A stretch of DNA of 38,644 bases. Source: a virus (taxonomy: Duplodnaviria > Caudoviricetes). The stretch is from IMG/VR virus record IMGVR_UViG_3300016464_000107, positions 1 to 38,644 of that record; one strand, 5' to 3'. Below, one piece after another: positions 1-8,818 of the stretch; within the stretch, counting starts at the first letter, position 1, and the number at the start of each line of letters is the position of its first letter. The position numbers and the translations under genes were made by a program. The notes below the pieces were generated by a model. The model was not told where the DNA came from. It searched no databases and saw only the letters and a list, made by a program, of their open reading frames with translations.

Positions 1-22
1 CTACAGGCCAACAAGGGACATG
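1..22. repeat. Terminal overlap, identical to 38623-38644 (circular assembly)
   Basis: CTACAGGCCAACAAGGGACATG is at both ends, and joining the ends restores a continuous terL reading frame. Confidence 0.97.
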
Positions 23-1113
23 TGTTCTATGTTGCTCCAACGCAGGGACAGGCTAGGGACATTATGTGGCAGACGTTGTTGGAGGTGGGTCATCCTGTCA
101 TTACGGGAAGCCACATCAACAACTTACAAATTAAACTGGTGAACGGAGCCACCATCAGCTTGAAGGGTGCTGACCGCCCTGAGACAATGCGTGGTGTTTC
201 GTTGAAGTATTTGGTGATGGACGAATATGCCGACATGAAGCCTTCTGTATGGGAGCAAATCTTGCGTCCGGCGCTGGCTGACCAGAAAGGTGGAGCCTTG
301 TTCATTGGAACCCCAATGGGGCGTAACCACTTCTATGAGCTATACCAATATGGCCTGAGCGAGCAGGACGATACGTTCAAGAGTTGGCACTTTACCAGCT
401 ATGACAACCCGCTCATCGATCCCAATGAAATTGAGACAGCCAAGAAAAGCATGAGCAGCTTTGCCTTCCGACAGGAATTCATGGCAAGCTTTGAGGCTCA
501 GGGTGGTGAGTTGTTTAAAGAAGAATGGGTTGTGTTTAATGAAGAAGAGCCTGATGGGGACTACTTCATTGCCATCGACTTGGCTGGCTTTGCAGATGAG
601 AGCAAGAGCAGCAAGAGCAAAAAGCTCGATGAGAGCGCCATTGCCATTGTGAAAACGAATAGCGAAGGCTGGTGGGTGAAAGACATCATTCACGGCAGGT
701 GGACTGTTGAGGAAACAGCCAAGAAGATTTTCAACGCTGTCAAGAAGTATGAACCTTTGTCTGTTGGAATTGAACGAGGAATTGCCAAGCAAGCCGTAAT
801 GCTTCCTTTGCAAGACATGATGCGTAGAACTGGTTCATTCTTTCGTGTTGAAGAACTGACACACGGAAACAAGAAGAAGACAGACCGTATTGTCTGGAGC
901 TTGCAAGGACGGTTTGAACATGGACAAATTAAACTGAACAAAGGGGAATGGAACTCTCAGTTTCTTGACCAGTTGTTTCAGTTTCCCAACCATCTAGTGC
1001 ATGACGATTTGATTGACGCACTGAGCTACATCGATCAGTTGAGCAAGCAAAGCTACGTTGCTGAGTTTGAAGAAGACAACTGGGAACCTATGGACTCTTT
1101 AGTGGGGTATTAA
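1..1113 (+). CDS. terL: Terminase large subunit, 3' part (full gene 38488..38622 joined to 1..1113, about 415 aa)
   Basis: YVAPT motif, LRG-like MRGVSL, Walker B LVMDEYA, motif C FIGTPMG, RNase H-like nuclease with IAIDLA and HDDLIDAL. Walker A lies in the 5' part at the window end. Confidence 0.96.
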   Translation, partial: LQANKGHVFYVAPTQGQARDIMWQTLLEVGHPVITGSHINNLQIKLVNGATISLKGADRPETMRGVSLKYLVMDEYADMKPSVWEQILRPALADQKGGALFIGTPMGRNHFYELYQYGLSEQDDTFKSWHFTSYDNPLIDPNEIETAKKSMSSFAFRQEFMASFEAQGGELFKEEWVVFNEEEPDGDYFIAIDLAGFADESKSSKSKKLDESAIAIVKTNSEGWWVKDIIHGRWTVEETAKKIFNAVKKYEPLSVGIERGIAKQAVMLPLQDMMRRTGSFFRVEELTHGNKKKTDRIVWSLQGRFEHGQIKLNKGEWNSQFLDQLFQFPNHLVHDDLIDALSYIDQLSKQSYVAEFEEDNWEPMDSLVGY

Positions 1114-1391
1114 TGAAAGACTCAAGACTTGAACGAGCAGGAGTGAGCGGCTATAACAAGCCCAAGCGTACTCCTTCACATCCAACCAAGAGCCATGTTG
1201 TTGTGGCTAAGGAAGGAGATAAGGTTAAGACCATTCGCTTTGGACAACAAGGCGTGAGTGGCTCTCCTAAGAAAGAAGGAGAGAGCGAGAGTTATCGTAA
1301 GCGCAGGGAAAGCTTTAAAGCTAGACATGCTTCCAACATTGCCAAAGGCAAGATGAGTGCTGCCTATTGGGCTGATAAGGTGAAATGGTGA
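1113..1391 (+). CDS. Small basic conserved phage protein (possible DNA-binding virion protein)
   Basis: 92 aa Lys/Arg-rich ORF with TIRFGQQG...FKARH...SAAYWADKVKW; TAATG-coupled to terL. Confidence 0.75.
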   Translation: MKDSRLERAGVSGYNKPKRTPSHPTKSHVVVAKEGDKVKTIRFGQQGVSGSPKKEGESESYRKRRESFKARHASNIAKGKMSAAYWADKVKW

Positions 1392-1394
1392 CCT

Positions 1395-3347
1395 ATGGAC
1401 GAATACGAAAAGTTTGAAAGCAATGGTTTGGTTGATTGGGTGATGGAGAAGGCCAACAAGTGGCGTGATCATTACACCTCCAACCATCAAGAAAAGTTTG
1501 AAGAGTATTATCGACTGTGGCGTGGGCAGTGGGATGCTGCCGACAAGACTCGTGAGAGCGAACGCAGCCGAATTATTGCTCCTGCCTTACAGCAAGCCGT
1601 GGAAAGTAGCGTTGCTGAGGTGGAAGAAGCCACGTTTGGGCGTGGGAAGTGGTTCGATATTAAGGATGACCACCGAGATAAGGACAACCAAGACGTTGCC
1701 TACCTGCGTGAGTGCCTTGATGAGGAGTTCAAGTTCACCAAAGTACGCAAGGCAGTGGCAGAATGTCTACTCAATGCTTCCATTTACGGCACTGGATGCG
1801 CTGAACTTGTGCTAGATGAGGTGGAAGACCTTGTTCCTGCCACTCAACCTGTGTTGGATGGAGCTATGATGGCTGTTGGTGTGCAGGTTAAGCCCCGCAC
1901 TGTGGTGCGTGTGCGTCCTATTCTGCCTCAGAACTTCCTTATTGACCCTGTTGCCACTACAATTGAGGAGGCTTTGGGTGTTGCAATTGACGAATATGTG
2001 CCTAAGCACCAAGTTGAGATTGCAATGGAGAACGGAATCTACCGTGAATGTGACATTTACGCTCCTGCTCCCAATCAAGACCTTGAACCTGACCAGGATT
2101 TGGTGATTTATCAGGATGACAAGATCCGTCTCACCAAGTATTATGGCCTTGTTCCTACAGATTTGTTCCGTGCTGCTACGGAAGAGGGCTATGTTGAGTC
2201 TGAAGATGACGAAGCAGAGGATAAGAAGGAACCCGAGTACACTGAGGCTATTGTTGTCATTGGAAACGAAGGGCATCTTCTTAAAGTTGAAGCCAATCCC
2301 TACATGATGCAGGATCGTCCCCTGGTGGCTTTCCCCTGGGATGTGGTTCCTGGGCGTTTCTGGGGCCGTGGCGTGTGCGAGAAAGGCTACAACAGCCAGA
2401 AAGCTTTAGACGCAGAACTCCGTGCTCGTATCGATGCGCTGGCTTTGACGGTTCATCCCATGATTGCCATGGATGCAACTCGTATGCCTCGTGGCGCACG
2501 GCTGGAAGTACGTCCTGGCAAGACTGTGCTGACCAACGGGAACCCTTCCGAGATTTTGCAGCCGTTTAAGTTTGGCAACCTGGACCAGAATACGTTCACC
2601 CAGGCAGCCGAGCTTCAGAAGATGGTGCAGATGGCTACTGGAGCCATTGACGCTGCTGGTATTCCTGGGAGCATCAACGGTGAAGCGGCTGCTGGTGCTG
2701 TCAGCATGAGCCTTGGAGCCATCATCAAGCGTCACAAGCGCACGTTGATTAATTTCCAAGAGAGCTTCCTGCTACCCATGATTACTAAGATGGCATGGCG
2801 TTACATGCAGTATGATCCTGACAAGTTTCCTGCTGCGGATTACAAGTTTGTTCCCTCTTCCTCGCTGGGCGTGATTGCCCGTGAGTATGAGGTGACGCAG
2901 CTTGTTCAGCTTTTGCAGACGCTGGGCCAGGATAGCCCGATGTACCCCATGTTGGTGAGTGCAGTGATTGACAACATGAGCTTGTCCAACCGTGAGGAAC
3001 TTAAGGCGCAGCTTCAGCAGCTTACGCAACCCAATCCGCAACAGCAGCAAGTACAGCAACAGCAGCTTGAGCTGCAACTTGCACAGCTTCAGGCTACTGT
3101 ACAGCTTCTCCAGAGTCAAGCAGCAGAAAGCCAGAGTCGTGCTCAGAAGCTGTCCCTGGAAGCTCAGGCGGTCCCTGCCAAGGTGGAGAATGATAGGATT
3201 CGTGCCATCTCTGCCAACATCAAGCCTGGAGAGCAGGATGATATGGAGTTCCAACGCAGGGCTAAGATTGCTGAACTGGTGCTCAAGGAGCGTGAGATTG
3301 CATCCAAGGAAGCCATTGTGGCTAAACAGATGCAAGAACCCACTTGA
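1395..3347 (+). CDS. Portal protein (podovirus, P22-like with C-terminal coiled coil)
   Basis: 650 aa, follows terL; PGRFWGRG motif; Gln-rich helical C-terminus. Confidence 0.9.
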   Translation: MDEYEKFESNGLVDWVMEKANKWRDHYTSNHQEKFEEYYRLWRGQWDAADKTRESERSRIIAPALQQAVESSVAEVEEATFGRGKWFDIKDDHRDKDNQDVAYLRECLDEEFKFTKVRKAVAECLLNASIYGTGCAELVLDEVEDLVPATQPVLDGAMMAVGVQVKPRTVVRVRPILPQNFLIDPVATTIEEALGVAIDEYVPKHQVEIAMENGIYRECDIYAPAPNQDLEPDQDLVIYQDDKIRLTKYYGLVPTDLFRAATEEGYVESEDDEAEDKKEPEYTEAIVVIGNEGHLLKVEANPYMMQDRPLVAFPWDVVPGRFWGRGVCEKGYNSQKALDAELRARIDALALTVHPMIAMDATRMPRGARLEVRPGKTVLTNGNPSEILQPFKFGNLDQNTFTQAAELQKMVQMATGAIDAAGIPGSINGEAAAGAVSMSLGAIIKRHKRTLINFQESFLLPMITKMAWRYMQYDPDKFPAADYKFVPSSSLGVIAREYEVTQLVQLLQTLGQDSPMYPMLVSAVIDNMSLSNREELKAQLQQLTQPNPQQQQVQQQQLELQLAQLQATVQLLQSQAAESQSRAQKLSLEAQAVPAKVENDRIRAISANIKPGEQDDMEFQRRAKIAELVLKEREIASKEAIVAKQMQEPT

Positions 3348-3372
3348 CAAATTAAAACTTTTGTGTTATAAT
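3344..3372 (+). promoter_or_regulatory. sigma70 promoter for the scaffold/capsid operon
   Basis: TTGACA (3344-3349), 17 bp, TATAAT (3367-3372), with extended -10 TG. Confidence 0.88.
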
Positions 3373-3403
3373 GTAGGTGTCTTACATCCATAAGGAGAAA
3401 TGT

Positions 3404-3646
3404 TTGGACCTTAAACTGCAAGAATACTACGAATCTTTACTGAATCTGTTCGCCACTGATGGATGGAAAAAGTTTCAAGAGGACATGAGAAACAGTCTCG
3501 AAAACCTCAACAACATCCAAACCATCCACTCGGAAGAAGATTTTTGGTTAAGAAAGGGACAAATCAATACGCTGTTCTTCATTGTCAATTACGAACATGC
3601 AGCTAAAACTGCCTATGAGGAGTTGACTAATGTTGAGAGTGTTTGA
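3404..3646 (+). CDS. Conserved post-portal head-module protein (80 aa, TTG start)
   Basis: TAAGGAG RBS at 3391-3397 precedes TTG at 3404; LQEYYE...ATDGW motif. Confidence 0.75.
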   Translation: MDLKLQEYYESLLNLFATDGWKKFQEDMRNSLENLNNIQTIHSEEDFWLRKGQINTLFFIVNYEHAAKTAYEELTNVESV

Positions 3647-3860
3647 TTATCTTTGTCCTAATGGGCATCGTACAGAAATGTTCACCTCTGAAGTTTCAGA
3701 GACAACTGAATGTATGTGCGGTGCTACGGCTTTAAGACAGATGAGCACCCCAAGGGTATTCTTGGAAGGTGTTACAGGCGATTTCCCAGGGGCTGCTATG
3801 AAATGGGATAAGAAACACGCTGAACAACTTAAAGTCGAACAAAAGCGTAACAGCTCGTAA
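3630..3860 (+). CDS. FmdB-like zinc-ribbon protein
   Basis: FDYLCPNGH...CMCG...RQMSTP pattern (CxxxH...CxC); located between portal and scaffold. Confidence 0.75.
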   Translation: MLRVFDYLCPNGHRTEMFTSEVSETTECMCGATALRQMSTPRVFLEGVTGDFPGAAMKWDKKHAEQLKVEQKRNSS

Positions 3861-3910
3861 GAGCCAAAGTTACATTCCTTCCATAATGCTTTTAGCACGG
3901 AGAAACAAAT

Positions 3911-4678
3911 ATGGCCACATTTATTGACGATACCCCTGAGACTGACGAAGACACTCAGAACATTCAAGAAGAACAGGAATCTCAACAGCAGACAACTCCT
4001 GAACAAGAGGATGAAATCCCTGAACGCTATCGGGGCAAGAGTGCGAAAGACTTGATTCGTATGCACCAGGAAGCTGAGAAGCTGATGGGTCGCCACAGTC
4101 AAGAGGTCGGAGAACTCAGACGAGTTGTAGATGAGTTCATCAAACAACAGACGGTAGTCAAAGAAGCCCCTAAAGAAGAAGATGTAGATTTTTTCACTGA
4201 TCCCGAGAAAGCCATTGATGCTCGTCTAGCGAAGCATCCTAAGCTTATTGAAGCTGAACGTCTTAATGCTGAACTGGCTAAAGAACGTGCGCTTATGGCC
4301 CTTCAAAAGGCACACCCCGACTTCTCAGACATTGTACAAAATGATGGGTTTAAGGAGTGGGTTGCAAAGAGTAAGGTGCGTAGCGAACTTCTCAATCGTG
4401 CAGACCAGCGTTATGACTTTGAAGCAGCGGATGAACTCTTTACCTCTTGGAAAGAACGCCAGGAAATGTTGAAGAACACAACTGCCATGCAACAAGCTGA
4501 TCGGAAAGCACAGCTTAAGCAAGCATCAACTGGTACAACTCGTGGAAGCGGTGAGCCTCAAAGCAAGAAAATCTACAGGCGTTCTGATATTGTCGATCTG
4601 ATGCGTAAAGACCCTGATCGCTACATGGCCTTACAACCTGAAATTATGGCTGCGTATGCGGAGGGTCGTGTAAAATAA
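3911..4678 (+). CDS. Capsid scaffolding protein
   Basis: Acidic, helical 255 aa protein just upstream of the MCP; C-terminal basic helix-loop-helix ending AYAEGRVK. Confidence 0.85.
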   Translation: MATFIDDTPETDEDTQNIQEEQESQQQTTPEQEDEIPERYRGKSAKDLIRMHQEAEKLMGRHSQEVGELRRVVDEFIKQQTVVKEAPKEEDVDFFTDPEKAIDARLAKHPKLIEAERLNAELAKERALMALQKAHPDFSDIVQNDGFKEWVAKSKVRSELLNRADQRYDFEAADELFTSWKERQEMLKNTTAMQQADRKAQLKQASTGTTRGSGEPQSKKIYRRSDIVDLMRKDPDRYMALQPEIMAAYAEGRVK

Positions 4679-4696
4679 TTTTGAAAGGAATATAAC

Positions 4697-5644
4697 ATGG
4701 CAACTTCTACTTTTCCTACTATGACTGGCGCTGCTGGTCTTACCGAAGCTTCTAACTTCCTCCCCGAACTGTGGAGTGATGAGATTATTGCTTCTTACAA
4801 AAAGAATCTGGTTCTTTCCCAGTTCGTCCGCAAGATGAGCTTCAAGGGTAAGAAGGGTGATTCTTTGCACATCCCCGCTCCTTCTCGTGGTTTGGCTGCT
4901 CAGGCTAAAGCTGAGAACACTGCTGTCACTTTGCAGAACCTCTCGCAAAGCGAAATCGTGGTGACCATCAACAAGCACAAGGAAGTGTCCTACCTGATCG
5001 AAGACATCGTTGAAGTGCAAGCTCTGCCCTCGCTGCGTAAGCACTACACTGATGACGCTGGCTACGCTATGGCTACCCAGGTTGACAATGACCTGTGGGC
5101 CTTGGTGAAGAGCCTGGGCGATGGTGATGGTAGCGACTACACTCACAGCCGTTCCTTCCAGTTCAACACCTCCACTGGTGCTCTGGAAGCCTACGATGCT
5201 GACGGTACTGGTGACATTGGCTCCTTTGCTGACGTTGGTTTTCGCCGTGCCATTCAGTATCTTGACGATGCTGACCAGCCGATGGACGGTCGTTTCTTTG
5301 TCGTGCCTCCTTCTCTGCGTAACGCTTTGATGGGTACGGCTCGTTACACCGAGCAAGCCTTTGTTGGTGAAGTTGGTGGTGGTAACACCATCCGTAACGG
5401 TGAAGTGGGTAACCTGTACGGTATCCCCGTCATTGTGTCTAGCAACTGCCCCACCCTAGAAACTGGTGTGAAGGGTGCTTTGCTGGCTCACAAGGATTGG
5501 GCTGTTCATGTTGAGCAGATGGGTGTGCGTTCGCAGACTCAGTACAAGCAAGAATTCCTTGCTAACCTGTTCACCTCTGACATGCTGTATGGTACTTCCA
5601 TCCTCCGTGCAGACGCAGGTGTGTTGATGGCTGTCGCAGCCTGA
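4697..5644 (+). CDS. Major capsid protein
   Basis: 315 aa; FLPELWS, GDSLHIP, G.VG.LYGIPVIVS motifs of HK97-fold podovirus capsids; AAAGGA RBS; strongly biased codons; followed by a terminator. Confidence 0.93.
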   Translation: MATSTFPTMTGAAGLTEASNFLPELWSDEIIASYKKNLVLSQFVRKMSFKGKKGDSLHIPAPSRGLAAQAKAENTAVTLQNLSQSEIVVTINKHKEVSYLIEDIVEVQALPSLRKHYTDDAGYAMATQVDNDLWALVKSLGDGDGSDYTHSRSFQFNTSTGALEAYDADGTGDIGSFADVGFRRAIQYLDDADQPMDGRFFVVPPSLRNALMGTARYTEQAFVGEVGGGNTIRNGEVGNLYGIPVIVSSNCPTLETGVKGALLAHKDWAVHVEQMGVRSQTQYKQEFLANLFTSDMLYGTSILRADAGVLMAVAA

Positions 5645-5681
5645 TGCTAGTTAAGCAGTAACTGCGTAGCGGGCGCTGCTG

Positions 5682-5714
5682 GAGAGGGGCTTTATGAGAG
5701 CCTCTCTCTTTATG
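5682..5714 (+). terminator. Rho-independent terminator after the MCP
   Basis: 12-bp stem GAGAGGGGCTTT/AGAGCCTCTCTC (two G-U pairs) followed by a short T-rich tail. Confidence 0.75.
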
Positions 5715-5758
5715 TTAATAAGCTTTTACTGAGAGCTTATCACCATAAAGGAAATATC

Positions 5759-7297
5759 ATGGCTATTTGGCGAGGAAATGGTGGAGCAGGTGATGCTAAT
5801 AATGACATCACTATTAATGAGGTTACATCCTTAACGCAAGAAGCTGCCGATAGTGCAGCTAGTGCTGCTTCGTCTGCCACTTCTGCTGCGTCCTCTGCTA
5901 CCAGTGCAGCTAGTTCTGCCAGCAGTGCCAGCACCAGCGCATCAAGCGCATCCACTTCAGCAACTAACGCAGCAAGCTCTGCGTCTTCTGCATCTACATC
6001 GGCAAGCAATGCGAGCACCTCAGCTACAAACGCTGCAAGCTCTGCAAGCACTGCATCTTCTGCTGCAACTACGGCTTCAAGTGCAGCCACTTCTGCTGCC
6101 TCTGATGCAAGCACGGCTTCTACGGCTGCTACCAATGCAGCTTCTTCTGCTTCTTCTGCGTCTACTAGCGCAAGCAATGCAAGCACTAGTGCTACTAATG
6201 CAGCAAGTTCTGCATCAAGTGCATCGACTAGTGCAAGCACAGCATCAACTGCTGCTACGAATGCAAGCAACAGTGCATCTGCTGCTGCCACAAGTGCAAC
6301 CAATGCAGCTAACAGTGCTACAAGTGCAGCATCCTCTGCTACACAAGCTGCCTCATATGTTGCCAATCAGACAGGCAATGCTGGTAAATATTTAACTACT
6401 GACGGAAGCAATGTAAGCTGGGCTTCTGTTGATGCTTTACCAAGTCAAACAGGTAACTCAGGAAAATATTTAACTACCGATGGAACATCTGCTTCATGGG
6501 CATCGATTGCTGGTGTCGTTGGCACTGTCACATCTGTTGCTGTGACTGTTCCTACTGGTCTTTCTGTGTCTGGAAGCCCAGTAACTTCTAGTGGAACGAT
6601 TGCAATTTCACTTGCATCTGGTTATTCAATCCCAACGACTTCTTCTCAGACAAACTGGGATACTGCCTATACAGATAGGTTGAAGTGGGATGGTGGATCG
6701 ACTGGTTTGGCTGCGGCAACTGGTAGAACAAGCCTTGGGCTTGGCACAATTGCTACTCAGAACGCAAATAATGTATCAATCACTGGTGGTTCTATCACTG
6801 GTATCACAGATTTAGCAGTAGCTGATGGTGGCACTGGCGCATCCTCGTTTACAGCGAACAACGTATTGTTGGGTAATGGAACTTCCGCATTTCAAACTGT
6901 AGCCCCAGGTGCAAGTGGAAATATTCTTACATCTAATGGCACGACATGGCAATCATCTGCACCTTCCAGCGGCGGTGTCACCTCAGTCTCTGCTGGTAAC
7001 GGAATTGCTGTGTCTGGCACAACGGCGGTGACGGTGTCTTTGGATTTTTATACTGGATCATCTTCAACTAACACATCATATCCAATTGGAAGTTATGTTT
7101 GCGCGTCTTCAAACAGTTGCTGTGTTCAGCCTTTAGTTAACGCTTCTTCAACCATATATTTAGGGCCATCATGTAATAGAAGATTTCATATGCTCACTAC
7201 CACTTACAGCAGTACTTCATTGTCTGGAACATGGAGAAGTCGAGGTAAATCACAAGTGGCAAGTGGCTCAGTTTTTCTGATGCAACGAGTGGCTTAA
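5759..7297 (+). CDS. Tail fibre protein 1 (Ala/Ser-rich shaft)
   Basis: Long SASxSA repeat shaft resembling lambda Stf; duplicated QTGN.GKYLTTDG motif; DLAVADGGTGAS motif; followed by a chaperone-like gene. Confidence 0.85.
   Translation: MAIWRGNGGAGDANNDITINEVTSLTQEAADSAASAASSATSAASSATSAASSASSASTSASSASTSATNAASSASSASTSASNASTSATNAASSASTASSAATTASSAATSAASDASTASTAATNAASSASSASTSASNASTSATNAASSASSASTSASTASTAATNASNSASAAATSATNAANSATSAASSATQAASYVANQTGNAGKYLTTDGSNVSWASVDALPSQTGNSGKYLTTDGTSASWASIAGVVGTVTSVAVTVPTGLSVSGSPVTSSGTIAISLASGYSIPTTSSQTNWDTAYTDRLKWDGGSTGLAAATGRTSLGLGTIATQNANNVSITGGSITGITDLAVADGGTGASSFTANNVLLGNGTSAFQTVAPGASGNILTSNGTTWQSSAPSSGGVTSVSAGNGIAVSGTTAVTVSLDFYTGSSSTNTSYPIGSYVCASSNSCCVQPLVNASSTIYLGPSCNRRFHMLTTTYSSTSLSGTWRSRGKSQVASGSVFLMQRVA
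5843..6352 (+). repeat. Degenerate coding tandem repeat (Ala/Ser/Thr, 7-residue-based period)
   Basis: ASTSATNAASSAS-type units recur within tail fibre 1. Confidence 0.85.
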
Positions 7298-7309
7298 AAG
7301 GAATCAAAC

Positions 7310-7627
7310 ATGACACATCAAATTGGAAACATCACTTTCGGTCGCATCACCAATGTTCGCAAATCTGGCGATGAAGAAGGTGTTTACTTTGCTGACATTG
7401 AAATCAGCCCTGATGAAGGATTTCCCTTTGAGGTTTGCCTTTACTGCGCCCGTAGTGATGACTATGCAAAGACTGGTCGTTGGGTGTACCAGCAGATTGT
7501 TGAAGGAAACTTTGAGGGCGAGATGACGCAACTTGCTCCAAATGTGAATCCGCAAGACGGGCAACCGTTTGTGGCAACTCCCGCCGCAGAAAATCAACCT
7601 GATGTGCAAGGCGCACAAACGCTATGA
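7310..7627 (+). CDS. Putative tail fibre assembly/chaperone protein
   Basis: 105 aa acidic ORF directly after the fibre; D...G..VY..IV.G.F.G pattern; AAGGA RBS. Confidence 0.6.
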   Translation: MTHQIGNITFGRITNVRKSGDEEGVYFADIEISPDEGFPFEVCLYCARSDDYAKTGRWVYQQIVEGNFEGEMTQLAPNVNPQDGQPFVATPAAENQPDVQGAQTL

Positions 7628-7905
7628 CACACCCAGTCTCCCCTCGTTTTGTGGTCACACAAAGTGGCACATCGCTTCAGGTATATCACACAAATAAAGG
7701 ACAAGGCTTGCCAAAGCATGATCACGCCTATTCGCATCTAACTATGTGTCATGCTGGTAAATGCGTTGTCCGCAAAGAAGGTCGTGAACTTGTGATGACC
7801 AAAGACACACAACCTGTAAATCTTGTGGCTGGCGAATGGCATGAGATTGAAGCATTGGAAGATGGAACAATCTTTGTAAATGTATTTGCTGAGAATATGG
7901 GATAA
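7624..7905 (+). CDS. Cupin-domain protein
   Basis: LPKHDHAYSHLT...G...WHEIEALEDGT: the two-motif cupin signature with metal-binding His residues. Confidence 0.85.
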   Translation: MTHPVSPRFVVTQSGTSLQVYHTNKGQGLPKHDHAYSHLTMCHAGKCVVRKEGRELVMTKDTQPVNLVAGEWHEIEALEDGTIFVNVFAENMG

Positions 7906-7908
7906 ATA

Positions 7909-8016
7909 ATGACACAAGAGTTGCAAAAATACTACGAAAATCGATCCTCCATGATGGCAACTGATGGATGGATAGATTTGATTGAGGATATTGATTCACA
8001 AAACTGGGGTGAGTGA
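7909..8016 (+). pseudogene. Truncated (35 aa) homologue of the 3404..3646 head-module gene
   Basis: MTQELQKYYENRSSMMATDGWIDLIEDI aligns with LDLKLQEYYESLLNLFATDGWKKFQEDM; stop is TGATG-coupled to the next gene. Confidence 0.7.
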
Positions 8017-8225
8017 TGGAGCAGTCAGAGATCGATCCTGTTAAATATGGAGTGCTATGGGAGCGTGTTCAGAATATGGACAAGAAGATTGACCGCATGG
8101 AGCGACAGATCGAGGAGCTTCTAGAACTTGCTAACAAGGGCAAAGGTGGTTTGTGGTTTGGAATGGCTGTAGCCTCTGCCATCAGTGGTCTTATTGGTTT
8201 TCTCATTGCTTTTCTTAAGAGATAA
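8016..8225 (+). CDS. Small membrane protein (coiled coil plus C-terminal TM; XhlA/holin-like)
   Basis: Heptad region followed by hydrophobic LWFGMAVASAISGLIGFLIAFL; first gene of the lysis region. Confidence 0.65.
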   Translation: MEQSEIDPVKYGVLWERVQNMDKKIDRMERQIEELLELANKGKGGLWFGMAVASAISGLIGFLIAFLKR

Positions 8226-8227
8226 TC

Positions 8228-8818
8228 ATTGACTTCTTCTCTCTCCTTGCCCTTGCTAATGGTGCTGTAGCTGCTATTAAGAAGGGATGTGCTTTATACA
8301 AAGAGTATAAGGCAGTGGGACAAGAAGTACATTCCATTGCTACAGACATTGGACAACATCTTAAAGGATTCTTTCATACGGTTGACACTCTTGAAACTCA
8401 TGTTAAAGAAGAGAAAGAGACAGCCAAGAAGGGAAATAAACAGACATTAAATCAGCAAGCTTTGGACAGGGTACTTGCACAGCGACACCTTGTACAGATG
8501 GAGACAGAGCTAAGAGAAATGCTCATCTACCAAAGTCCTCCAGAGCTTGGTGCTTTATATACAGATTTTATTAAAGCTAGGCAAGAGATAAAAGAAGAAC
8601 AAGAAGCATACGAACAAGAACAAAAAAGAATAAAAAGACAAGAAGAAAGAAAGAAGAGAGAGTTTTGGGATAAATGGAATATTCGCATAGCAATAGCAAC
8701 AGCAGTGTTCCTTGTAGCTCTTGAGATTGGTGGATTGTTCTATCTTATTCATATGGACTACATGAAGAAGAAACAAGAAACTCTCCTCATAGAAAGGAAG
8801 AAAGATGGATTGGCTTAA
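8228..8818 (+). CDS. Coiled-coil membrane protein of the lysis region (probable ATT/ATC/ATA start)
   Basis: The frame is open from the TAA at 8216 with no ATG/GTG/TTG before 8315. It adds IDFFSLLALANGAVAAIKKGCALYKEYKA. One TM segment near the C-terminus. Confidence 0.65.
   Translation: MDFFSLLALANGAVAAIKKGCALYKEYKAVGQEVHSIATDIGQHLKGFFHTVDTLETHVKEEKETAKKGNKQTLNQQALDRVLAQRHLVQMETELREMLIYQSPPELGALYTDFIKARQEIKEEQEAYEQEQKRIKRQEERKKREFWDKWNIRIAIATAVFLVALEIGGLFYLIHMDYMKKKQETLLIERKKDGLA

Noticed and set aside
1-22. 22-bp end repeat as a biological direct terminal repeat or att site
   Set aside because: It lies in the middle of terL and has the size of an assembler overlap; no integrase is present.
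5642-5680. Stop-codon readthrough or frameshift extension of the major capsid protein
   Set aside because: TGA is followed by TGC TAG in frame and then a terminator; no slippery site or extension ORF seen.
5740-6366. 208-aa antisense Ala/Leu/Val-rich ORF
   Set aside because: Shadow of the GCN/TCN-rich repeat in tail fibre 1; no independent signals.
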